The notes under the pieces: model-generated
The model's input: the letters and a program-made list of their open reading frames with translations, nothing else
Database searches by the model: none
What the model was told of the DNA's origin: nothing
DNA from: a virus
Taxonomy: Duplodnaviria; Caudoviricetes
IMG/VR virus record: IMGVR_UViG_3300035675_000001
DNA length: 64,000 bases
Strand: one strand, 5' to 3'
Translations under genes and position numbers: made by a program
Shown: positions 53,910 to 62,029 of the stretch, in pieces
Layout: each line of letters opens with the position of its first letter
How positions within the stretch are numbered: the stretch's first letter is position 1

Positions 53910-55636
53910 ACGCGGACAACCTGTAACCCGGCCACATAGCCGACGATTTCAATTCTGATTACGGAGCCTGGAACCACGTCCAGTCCGGTAAAAAGAACGA
54001 AGTTGTCGTTCTGTGTCCACGAGGTTACCCCGGTCGGGGCGGTCGTCGCGTGAAGGATGGTTCCGCCGTCCACTTGGACGTAGTAGTCCGAACCAGCCGT
54101 TCCGAACTTCTGATCGCTGTAGAGGTAAAGCTGGTAGGTGCCGGGCGGCAGGCCGTGAAGCCGGAAAATGCTGTCGTAAGGAACCCCGCCCATGTCGTAG
54201 CCGCCGATCCAGGTCTGGAGCATCCCGTTCCAGGTCGGGGTCACGCCGCTGTTGTTGACCAGGGGCGCAATGCGCTCCAACCAGATCGGGGTGTCGGTTT
54301 GGACCGCATCCTTGAGGTAGATGTAGGGCGTGGCGGAATAGGTGAAGCAGACTTCCGGCGCAAAGCTGTAATCGTAACCGCAGAAGCAGTTTCGGTAATC
54401 CTTGGTGAACGCCACGGGCACGTAGTTGTTCCAATAGTCGCCCGTGGTGCCGACCACGGCAGGCCCCCAGTAGCGAGCGGTGGTGATGCCGTTTTCCAGG
54501 TCGAAATCGTCCGTGAGCAGTGTCGTGGCCGTGGTCAGGTTTTCGAGCGAGATGGAATCCAGGAGCGAGCCGTAAGCCTGGCCAGGGTCCGTTTCCAGCG
54601 CGATCTTTCGGAACGAGATTTTGCCGGTAGAGCCGTCCCCGACGAAATCGACGTAGTAGTCCTGGAACGGCTGCATGTAGTCGGTGATGTCGATGGTCGA
54701 ATCCACCAGCGCCCCCGCTTTGTAGTTCAGGATTTCGTGGGCGCGGGCCAGGCGTTGGTTGCCCGCCGCCCGCCAGCTCAGGCGGAACGTCTGGCCGAGA
54801 GTGAAAGTGAAAGTGGTCTTGCTCTCCAAGCGCCCATACCAGCTCATGCTGCCGCCCGCGTTGCCGCTGCCGGACATGTCAATGTAGAGGCCGTTGCCGG
54901 GCAGGAAATCGTAGAAGCCCCGGCCAATCAGATCAACCGAGCCATTGTCCACGACATCCCAGTTGGTGAAATTCGAGTAGCCCAGTGCGCCACGCCCCTC
55001 GGTCACAGTGCCGTCGCTGCCATTGAAGTCGATGTTGACCAGCACCGGCTTCTGATAGCCCAAAATGTTTACAAAATAGTGAATGCCTCCCACAATCACC
55101 TGGCGGATGATCGTGGTGAAGGACCGAGGCAGCCTGTCGGCAGCCTCTTTGATGTAGCCGGTGCGCCCAACCGCGTGCGTGCCGTCCTGGAGCTGGAAAT
55201 GGCGGCTGACCGAAGCAGGGTCGTATGCCTTGCCATACCACTTGATCTGGAAGAACAGCTCATCGGTGAGCAGGTAGCCGATGATGTCGCCGCGTTCGAC
55301 CGGCTGGGCCGTCTGGACCGCGCAGGTGAGCAGGCCGTGGACCGTCGTCCACACGTCATTGCCGTGGTCAATGGTGATTTCGTAGGTGGGCTGAAAGCCG
55401 AGCTGGCTCCCGGACGTGTATTTCCAGGTCGGAAAGATGAGCTTGATCGAGATGACTTTGCCCGCGCCCGGAGCGACGCAAGGCTCGCCCGTTTCAAACC
55501 GGTAAACGCAGCCCAGGTTGACCTCGCCCTCAACGGAGAAGTCTTCCAGCAGGAACAACTTCTTCCGGCTGGGAGGCCGAAGCTTCTGGAGCGTCCATCG
55601 CGCTGGCAACTTCAATGGTGACAGGTCTGGAATCAT
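53906..55636 (-). CDS. baseplate hub-like protein with degenerate M23 peptidase fold and carbohydrate-binding-like C-terminus
   Basis: ITIDHG...VHGL...VERGDIIG...LFFQI...YDP M23-like scaffold. Confidence 0.5.
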   Translation of the reverse strand: MIPDLSPLKLPARWTLQKLRPPSRKKLFLLEDFSVEGEVNLGCVYRFETGEPCVAPGAGKVISIKLIFPTWKYTSGSQLGFQPTYEITIDHGNDVWTTVHGLLTCAVQTAQPVERGDIIGYLLTDELFFQIKWYGKAYDPASVSRHFQLQDGTHAVGRTGYIKEAADRLPRSFTTIIRQVIVGGIHYFVNILGYQKPVLVNIDFNGSDGTVTEGRGALGYSNFTNWDVVDNGSVDLIGRGFYDFLPGNGLYIDMSGSGNAGGSMSWYGRLESKTTFTFTLGQTFRLSWRAAGNQRLARAHEILNYKAGALVDSTIDITDYMQPFQDYYVDFVGDGSTGKISFRKIALETDPGQAYGSLLDSISLENLTTATTLLTDDFDLENGITTARYWGPAVVGTTGDYWNNYVPVAFTKDYRNCFCGYDYSFAPEVCFTYSATPYIYLKDAVQTDTPIWLERIAPLVNNSGVTPTWNGMLQTWIGGYDMGGVPYDSIFRLHGLPPGTYQLYLYSDQKFGTAGSDYYVQVDGGTILHATTAPTGVTSWTQNDNFVLFTGLDVVPGSVIRIEIVGYVAGLQVVRV

Positions 55637-55645
55637 GTTATCCCT

Positions 55646-56452
55646 CTAAGTAGCTTTCTGTGGTATCTGCTGGATGTCGTCAGCGTAAAACGTGGCAGCC
55701 AGCGTCACGACCTTGGCCGTGTCGTAGGACATTTCGCTGAGCTTGAACGATCCCAGCCAGCACCGGGTCAGCCGGAATTGAGAGGAGAATTGAAGGTCGT
55801 TGATGATCGAGTTTGCTCCGATAGCCGCAGAAGCCGCCAAGCCCACTGTTTGAATTGTTGAGTAGCCAAAAAGACCGGCCAGGGCGTTTCCCTGCTGGAT
55901 CAACGCTTGCGCCGGGCCAGTGTCGAGCACCTGGGGGTCCACCCCGCGCAGGAGCAGCAGTCTCACATCGAAAGCGTAGTCGATCCGGTAGTCGGCGTTG
56001 AGCCGGATCGCATACTCGCTGGACATGGCCCCGCGCCCGGCGCGGACGACTGCTCTCCAGCCGTCAAGCATCTGGTAAACGTCTGATTTGTAGGGGGTAG
56101 TGTTGGCTGTCCCGGCGCTACCGGCAGTGTAGCAATCCAGGATGAAGGTCATGGAGATCGGTTCCAGGGCTTCGTCCCAGGAGGGGGTGGGGTAGGGCCT
56201 GGAATCGCGCCGAATCGGCTCAGCCCTGGTCTTGAGTTCAGGCAGCGTCACGTTCTGAACAAAGTAGGAAGCCAATTTGGGCGGCAGATAATACGGGGCC
56301 AGCCCAGGGGTCATGTCCTCAGAGCGCGTGAGCATCTGGTTCAAGCCCTGGAGGGCGTCCTTGAAATCAACGATCCACAGGTCAGAGCGTTGAATCTCAA
56401 CGCCCTTTAGCGTGCCCCACGGATTCGTCTGATTGTCGATTACGCTTCTCAC
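55646..56452 (-). CDS. tail-tube-like baseplate protein (T4 gp48/gp54-like)
   Basis: FVQNVTLPEL...WDEALEPISMTF...CWLGSFKLSEMSYD...LAATFYAD; GTG 4 nt after GTAGTTA. Confidence 0.55.
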   Translation of the reverse strand: MRSVIDNQTNPWGTLKGVEIQRSDLWIVDFKDALQGLNQMLTRSEDMTPGLAPYYLPPKLASYFVQNVTLPELKTRAEPIRRDSRPYPTPSWDEALEPISMTFILDCYTAGSAGTANTTPYKSDVYQMLDGWRAVVRAGRGAMSSEYAIRLNADYRIDYAFDVRLLLLRGVDPQVLDTGPAQALIQQGNALAGLFGYSTIQTVGLAASAAIGANSIINDLQFSSQFRLTRCWLGSFKLSEMSYDTAKVVTLAATFYADDIQQIPQKAT

Positions 56453-56471
56453 GCTGTAACTACTCTTGGAT

Positions 56472-57566
56472 ATGAGCTTGCTCGGAACATACGCCGGTCT
56501 GGTTGAGGACAACAAAGACCCGGAAAAGCTTGGCCGGTTAAAGGTCAGGGTTCCACATGTTTACGGGGCAGTTGGCGGCGTTTTTGGTGCGATCAGCACC
56601 GAAAACCTGCCCTGGTCGATGCCTTCCGGCCTGCCCAACGGCCTTTCGCAGAACAGCGGCGGCTTCGACTGGCTGCCCGAAGTCGGGGACCAGGTGCTCG
56701 TCCGGTTTTTGGACGGAGAGCCGGAGAAGCCCGTTTACGAGTGGTTCATGCAGACGCAGAAGGCGGCTGAGACCTTCAAGCTCCACCAATACAAGGACGC
56801 CACAGGCGCGATCCCCGGCAGCGGGGGAGGCAAGCCCAAACGGGGCGCTATGGTCCGCTACGGCCACACGGTGGAGTGGAACGCAGACGGGCTGATATTG
56901 ACGACCAGCAAAGGCTATCGGCTGCTCCTGACCGATGCCAGCAGGGCCGGGAACGACGGCGACATCCAGCTCGCCTCGGCGATGGGCCAATACCTGGAGT
57001 TCGACGACCTGCTAAACCAGTGCAACTTGAACGTCAACCTGGACTGGCAGATCAACGTCGGGAACCAGATTTACTCCCTGTCCGACTCGGTGAGCATCAA
57101 CACGATGAGCAACGAGATCGAGATGGTCTCCGGCAGCTACATGTCCATCGACACCCTGGACAACCTGGAGGCGATTGTCGGCGGCGATTGGCGGATGGAT
57201 GTGACCGGTGACACCTACTGGACGATGGTTGGGGACGTGACCATCGACGTGACCGGCAGTTGGATCATGACGGTCGTCACTGACCTGGACCTGAGCGTCC
57301 TGGGCAACGCCTTCGCAACCATCACCGGCAATCTCGAACTGACCAGCATTGGGACCACGACCCTTGACTTTTCCAGCCTGTTCCTCGGCACCGGTTCAAC
57401 AGAGTCTTTTGTTCTTGGAAATCAATTACTTACCTACCTGACACAACTGGTCAGCCTGCTCCAAGCGCACCAGCACCCCGAACCAGACGGCACCACGTCT
57501 CCGACCGCGACGGTATTCCCAACGCCTACTGCTGCCCTGCTGAGCCAGGTCATCAAGGGTCGTTGA
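56472..57566 (+). CDS. baseplate central spike (gp5/VgrG-like OB fold plus beta-helix)
   Basis: VEDNKDPEKLGRLKVRVP, LPEVGDQVLVRF; 8-residue V/I-x-G beta repeats; HQH near the tip. Confidence 0.85.
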   Translation: MSLLGTYAGLVEDNKDPEKLGRLKVRVPHVYGAVGGVFGAISTENLPWSMPSGLPNGLSQNSGGFDWLPEVGDQVLVRFLDGEPEKPVYEWFMQTQKAAETFKLHQYKDATGAIPGSGGGKPKRGAMVRYGHTVEWNADGLILTTSKGYRLLLTDASRAGNDGDIQLASAMGQYLEFDDLLNQCNLNVNLDWQINVGNQIYSLSDSVSINTMSNEIEMVSGSYMSIDTLDNLEAIVGGDWRMDVTGDTYWTMVGDVTIDVTGSWIMTVVTDLDLSVLGNAFATITGNLELTSIGTTTLDFSSLFLGTGSTESFVLGNQLLTYLTQLVSLLQAHQHPEPDGTTSPTATVFPTPTAALLSQVIKGR

Positions 57567-57602
57567 AAAAGTTTACAAAACTTTCCCGTTCTACTGGGGT
57601 GT

Positions 57603-58523
57603 ATGGCATTTCAATCGAAGTTGAAAAGCCTGCAACCGCGCAGGCTACAATACCAGAAGCGGATCAAGCTGCTCTCTGGCGGCTACGTTAAGCCAGACGC
57701 TTTCCCAAACGGCGAGATCAACGTCTTTCCCTGGGATGCAAACGTCGATGACTGGCTGGCTGAACGTGTCCGCAAGGGCAACCAAAACACGGTCCTGTTC
57801 GACCTCTGCGCCCAGGTGTGCGACCTCAACGGTTGCCCCCTGGAAAGCTTCGTGGTCGGGGACGTGAACACTGTGCTCCTGGTCGCCCGGTCGCTGCGCT
57901 ACAACGGCAGCAAGGTCGAATACGAGACCACCTGCCCGAAGTGCGGCAACACCGAAGTCGCCGCCATTCAAGTGCCAGATGAGCTGGGCCGCGTAGGCGA
58001 GAAGGACCAAAGCTACCAGGGCTTTGACACCATCACGCTGCCGGACTCCGGCGATGAGGTCCAAATCCGGCCTCTCCAGGTCAAGGACGAGGGCATCATC
58101 ATGAGCCGTGATACGGCCTCCAAGCAGCTCATGACGGATCGCGTCATGCACATCCTGATGCCGGTCGTGGCCATCAACGGCGGCAACCCGGACGCCTGGG
58201 AGGACGTGGTGCGCTGGTATAACGCGCTGTCCCCGCGAGACGCAGAACTGCTGGAAGACGCCGAGAACGAACTCTACCCACACCTGGACACCGCGATCCC
58301 GCATCAGTGCGACCGGTGCCGCCACAAGTTCAAGCATACCTTGGACTTTACCACCGAGTTTTTTCGTTCGAGCCTCAAGCCAAGCCACGGAAATGCGGTG
58401 GCACCAGATGTTCGATCTGGCGTGGAACGGCAAGGGGCTAATACTGAACCTGCGGGAAGTCCCGGACCAAATCCTGGAACAGATGGTGGAGTGGGCAAAC
58501 GAAAAGATCGAAGCGGAAAATGA
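57603..58523 (+). CDS. baseplate hub assembly chaperone (T4 gp26-like)
   Basis: LLVARSLRY...TCPKCG...IRPLQVKDE...CDRC...EFF. Confidence 0.65.
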   Translation: MAFQSKLKSLQPRRLQYQKRIKLLSGGYVKPDAFPNGEINVFPWDANVDDWLAERVRKGNQNTVLFDLCAQVCDLNGCPLESFVVGDVNTVLLVARSLRYNGSKVEYETTCPKCGNTEVAAIQVPDELGRVGEKDQSYQGFDTITLPDSGDEVQIRPLQVKDEGIIMSRDTASKQLMTDRVMHILMPVVAINGGNPDAWEDVVRWYNALSPRDAELLEDAENELYPHLDTAIPHQCDRCRHKFKHTLDFTTEFFRSSLKPSHGNAVAPDVRSGVERQGANTEPAGSPGPNPGTDGGVGKRKDRSGK

Positions 58524-58548
58524 GCAGATCAAAAGCCCGCCGCCATGA
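58393..58548 (+). CDS. 51-aa ORF overlapping the gp26-like gene in the +1 frame (gp51/GT-like), absent from the ORF track
   Basis: MRWHQMFDLAWNGKGLILNLREVPDQILEQMVEWANEKIEAENEQIKSPPP; its TGA overlaps the ATG of the next gene. Confidence 0.55.
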   Translation: MRWHQMFDLAWNGKGLILNLREVPDQILEQMVEWANEKIEAENEQIKSPPP

Positions 58549-59429
58549 ACGACCTGATCGTTGATGGAAATTCACTCTTTGCCCGCTGCTGGTTCGCCGT
58601 AAAAAGCGACCCGGAAGCGACGCGACGGGTGTTTGTTCAATCCGTGCTCCAGCTCCTCGACGAGCGGGATGGCCGGATCGGGCTGACGATCAATCGGACC
58701 CTGTTTGCCTGGGACGGCAAGGCCAAGACCGACAAGAATCACAAGGACAAGGGCGAGGAATACGACCGCTGCCGTCGCAAGATTCAGGAAGACCTCTACA
58801 CCCTGTTCGATACGGTCCACGGCTACCATAAGGAATACGAAGCCGATGACATCGTGGCGACCGCCGTGTTCAACTCCACAGCCCGCCAGGTCTTCGTAGT
58901 CAGCGGCGATAAAGACCTCATGCAGCTCCAGGGCGGCAACGTCAGCTACTACTGCCTGAACAGCAAAGCTGTCGTGCCCTCGCGCACGATCTGCCACAAG
59001 TTCTGCGTCAAGCGCCCCTCCCAGGTCGCCCTGGCCCTGGCCATCATCGGCGATGCCAACGATGGCATCAGCGGCGTGCCCCGCTGGGGTCCGAAGAAGT
59101 CCGAGAAGCTGTTCGAGGCCGTGACCGAAGCAATGAACTTCGAGTCAGCCCTGGCAACCATCCAGGCTCAGATTCCAGAAGACCTGCTGCCCTACTTTCT
59201 GGACTCGCTGGACAAGACCCTTCTCCACAATGACGTGCCCGGCGTGCCGGAGCCTGCGGAGCTTCGTTTCTGCACGACTGATGAGCTGATGAGCTTGGGG
59301 ATCGAGAAAATCGCACAGGGCTACGAGCGCGTAGCCATGCAATACGAAGGCGGAAATCAGGAGGAAGCGATGGCCGCAATGCTCAAGCGGCCTACGGATT
59401 CGCCGAGCGCCCGCAGAGCACCTGAATAG
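58545..59429 (+). CDS. 5'-3' exonuclease / RNase H (PolA N-terminal, T4 Rnh-like)
   Basis: LIVDGNS, YEADDIVAT, SGDKDLMQL, GDANDGISGV. Confidence 0.9.
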   Translation: MNDLIVDGNSLFARCWFAVKSDPEATRRVFVQSVLQLLDERDGRIGLTINRTLFAWDGKAKTDKNHKDKGEEYDRCRRKIQEDLYTLFDTVHGYHKEYEADDIVATAVFNSTARQVFVVSGDKDLMQLQGGNVSYYCLNSKAVVPSRTICHKFCVKRPSQVALALAIIGDANDGISGVPRWGPKKSEKLFEAVTEAMNFESALATIQAQIPEDLLPYFLDSLDKTLLHNDVPGVPEPAELRFCTTDELMSLGIEKIAQGYERVAMQYEGGNQEEAMAAMLKRPTDSPSARRAPE

Positions 59430-59769
59430 CCACAGTCTGAGTCTGGCTGTTCGTAAAGGTGAACGCATTGGGCGTGTCCGACAGCAGCGCGACCTGGCCG
59501 GTGCCAGTGAAGATGTGCGGGGCATTCAGCACCACAGAAGGTCCACCATCCACGGAATAGGTCACAGCGCCATTATACACGCCTGCCATGATGGCCAGGA
59601 AGGGCACGTCGCCAGGATTGCTGCCGGGCTGAACGGCGATGGTTCGGCTGGTCAACCCACCCAGGACGAAATTCACCTTGTCGTAAGCCTCAACGGTGAA
59701 GCTCTGGTTGAGCGTGAGCGGGGCCTCGCCGGAGGCGGTGATGGTGGTTACGACTGTGATTCCGTTCAT
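59392..59769 (-). CDS. putative structural protein
   Basis: beta-rich; downstream in the sheath-tube operon. Confidence 0.5.
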   Translation of the reverse strand: MNGITVVTTITASGEAPLTLNQSFTVEAYDKVNFVLGGLTSRTIAVQPGSNPGDVPFLAIMAGVYNGAVTYSVDGGPSVVLNAPHIFTGTGQVALLSDTPNAFTFTNSQTQTVAIQVLCGRSANP

Positions 59770-59775
59770 AGCTGT

Positions 59776-60129
59776 TTACAAGTTGAGGATTGGAACCGCC
59801 CCGCCAGAGTCGCGGTTGAAATAGCGGGTGATGGCGAACTCCAGAAACGCACCACCGGAGGCGTTGCCGATCATCTGCACCTTCGGGTTCGAGGACTCGA
59901 CCTCGATCAGCTTGGTTTCGTTCGGGGAAAGCGTGTTGTAGAAATCGCTGCCGCTCGCGCCCATGTCCACCCAAGACACGCCGTTCCACTCCTGGAACCG
60001 GTAGTTCATCGTGTTGACACCGGAGTTCTTGAGAACGATGGCGGCATCAATCGGGGCGGGCTGAATGATGGTAAAGAGCGTGCCAACGGCCTCGCCGACG
60101 ACCTGTGAATCAGTGATGTGGACTACCAT
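59776..60129 (-). CDS. putative structural protein
   Basis: beta-rich; same operon. Confidence 0.5.
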   Translation of the reverse strand: MVVHITDSQVVGEAVGTLFTIIQPAPIDAAIVLKNSGVNTMNYRFQEWNGVSWVDMGASGSDFYNTLSPNETKLIEVESSNPKVQMIGNASGGAFLEFAITRYFNRDSGGAVPILNL

Positions 60130-60132
60130 AAA

Positions 60133-60669
60133 TCAGAAGCGTATCCGCCAGGTTAAGGTTGGGGAGAAGTCGGACGTTTTGTTGATCCCGACGCTGCGGA
60201 CTTTCCGCGCCAGGAGCGTGTTGTTGCCGGAAAACAGGCCGAACTCCGTCAGGAGGTAGCCGTTGGCGTCGCCGACCGCGATATTGAATCCAACCCGCAT
60301 GACAAATGCCGTCAGGAAATCGACGCTGGTGATTAGCGCGGTGGTCGCGCCAAAACCCGATGCCAGCGGGATGGCAGCCTCCAGGGCTACGTCAGTCACC
60401 CTGGCCGCAGTGAGGCCGGTCCCAACGCCGAACTTCTGGACCGTGTAGTTCTCGATGGGAGCGCGGAAGCCGAAAGCGTAAGCGAGGAGCTGGCGACCTT
60501 GATCGAGGAACAGGTTGCTGCCGAGGCAAACTTCATCCTGGCCAACATCCCACCCACCCGGCGTTCGTTCCGGGTTGATCCATCCGTAATCACAAGCTTT
60601 GCGGAGTGGCAATTCCTTACCATCCGCAAGCGTGATCTTGGAAACGGTGATTAGACCTTCTGCTCGCAT
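60133..60669 (-). CDS. tail fibre/baseplate attachment-type protein
   Basis: NLFLDQGRQLL...GVGTG...DVALE...LTEFGLF...LLARKV. Confidence 0.55.
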   Translation of the reverse strand: MRAEGLITVSKITLADGKELPLRKACDYGWINPERTPGGWDVGQDEVCLGSNLFLDQGRQLLAYAFGFRAPIENYTVQKFGVGTGLTAARVTDVALEAAIPLASGFGATTALITSVDFLTAFVMRVGFNIAVGDANGYLLTEFGLFSGNNTLLARKVRSVGINKTSDFSPTLTWRIRF

Positions 60670-61412
60670 TATTCAGCGCCAGGGGCCTCCAAGAGCCGGT
60701 CAGCCAACGCCTGGATCGAACCATCAACATCCAGGTGCTCCATCGAGGGCTGCATCGGGTTGATGGCAGCCTTGGACGGAACGCCACAGGCTTTCGGGGG
60801 CACCTTGTTGTATTGCTGGCGGAAATTCATTCGGCCTTCGTTGCCGAGACGGCGACGCATCGGCGGACGAACCGGGACGCGACCAGCAGCGGCAGCCATA
60901 CCGCCGCCAAAGCTCTCTTTCACGTCCTTCTCCGGCGCGTCATCCTTGGACTTGTCGCTCTTGCCCTTGCCTTCCTTGTTCTGCTTCATGCGGGTGCAGA
61001 AGCCACAGGTGCAACCGGCCTTGTGCCCGCCCTCGGACAACAGCGCGGCCACATCGTCCTCATCGCCGTCGATGAGCTGGCGCAGAGTCTCCTTCATGGC
61101 CTCCTTGCTGATCTTCTCGCCCTCGTCGTCGCTCTTGCCATCACCCTTGGTGGTGTAGTCCTTGCCGGACGTGGGAGCGTGCGAAGGGGCGGCGGCAACA
61201 GGGGCAGGAATCGACCCCGAAGGCTGCTTGTAAGCCTTCTTGACAGTCTCGCCCTCGTCCTCACTCTTGCCCTGCCCCTTGGTTGTGGCGTCCTTGCCAC
61301 TGGTGGGTGCGTGCGAAGGAGCGGGTGCGACAGGAGCCGGGATGCTGTCTTCACTGACCCTGCGGCCATGCCGGGCATCATCCAACCTGGAGATAAATTC
61401 GTGCGCTTTCAT
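60669..61412 (-). CDS. low-complexity protein with a tandem 37-40 aa repeat
   Basis: SIPAPVA(P/A)APSHAPTSGKD(A/Y)TTKG twice; HKAGCTCGFC. Confidence 0.65.
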   Translation of the reverse strand: MKAHEFISRLDDARHGRRVSEDSIPAPVAPAPSHAPTSGKDATTKGQGKSEDEGETVKKAYKQPSGSIPAPVAAAPSHAPTSGKDYTTKGDGKSDDEGEKISKEAMKETLRQLIDGDEDDVAALLSEGGHKAGCTCGFCTRMKQNKEGKGKSDKSKDDAPEKDVKESFGGGMAAAAGRVPVRPPMRRRLGNEGRMNFRQQYNKVPPKACGVPSKAAINPMQPSMEHLDVDGSIQALADRLLEAPGAE

Positions 61413-61415
61413 GTG

Positions 61416-62024
61416 TTAAGGGATCGGAACGATCATTGAGTCGATGTTGACGGGGTAGTAGCGGTCAATCTGGATGCTGAGCTGGCAGTCCACTTTGCCG
61501 CTCGTCGTCATATCGGCATCCGAGAACTTGAAGCCCTTCAAGAGCACGCCTTCCAGGCGATACTTGAGGCCGTTTTTCATCGTGTTGGGCGATGACTGGG
61601 GGACGCCCCGAATGTCGCCGTTCTGTGCGACCTGGTTGGGGACGATCCAGATAAAGAACCCGTCCGTCTTGACCATGCTGGTCAGACCGACACCGCCCGT
61701 GAGCGGATTGCGAATCAGCCACATCCACTTTTCCAGGGCTGTGGCGATGTCCGTGGCGAACGCATAGCGAACAGGCACTTCCACGGCAGGCGTTGGGGTG
61801 TCGCCGCCGATCTGGAAGTTCGTCTGCTGCATGTATTTCACCGGGATCACGTCAATGCTGCGCTCCGGGAACGGGAATTTCTCCACGGCAAACTCCACCT
61901 GGTCGGTCCAGTTCATGCGGAGCTGCTGAGGCAGATTGATGCTGAACTTGAACAGGTCTTGACGCTGCAAGTCCAACCGAGAGTCCTGGCTCCCGAACGT
62001 GTTCTTGAATAGCATTCTGCTCAT
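61416..62024 (-). CDS. tail tube protein
   Basis: directly follows the sheath; LQRQDLFKF...FPFPERSIDVIPV...DCQLSIQID. Confidence 0.75.
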   Translation of the reverse strand: MSRMLFKNTFGSQDSRLDLQRQDLFKFSINLPQQLRMNWTDQVEFAVEKFPFPERSIDVIPVKYMQQTNFQIGGDTPTPAVEVPVRYAFATDIATALEKWMWLIRNPLTGGVGLTSMVKTDGFFIWIVPNQVAQNGDIRGVPQSSPNTMKNGLKYRLEGVLLKGFKFSDADMTTSGKVDCQLSIQIDRYYPVNIDSMIVPIP

Positions 62025-62029
62025 AAATC

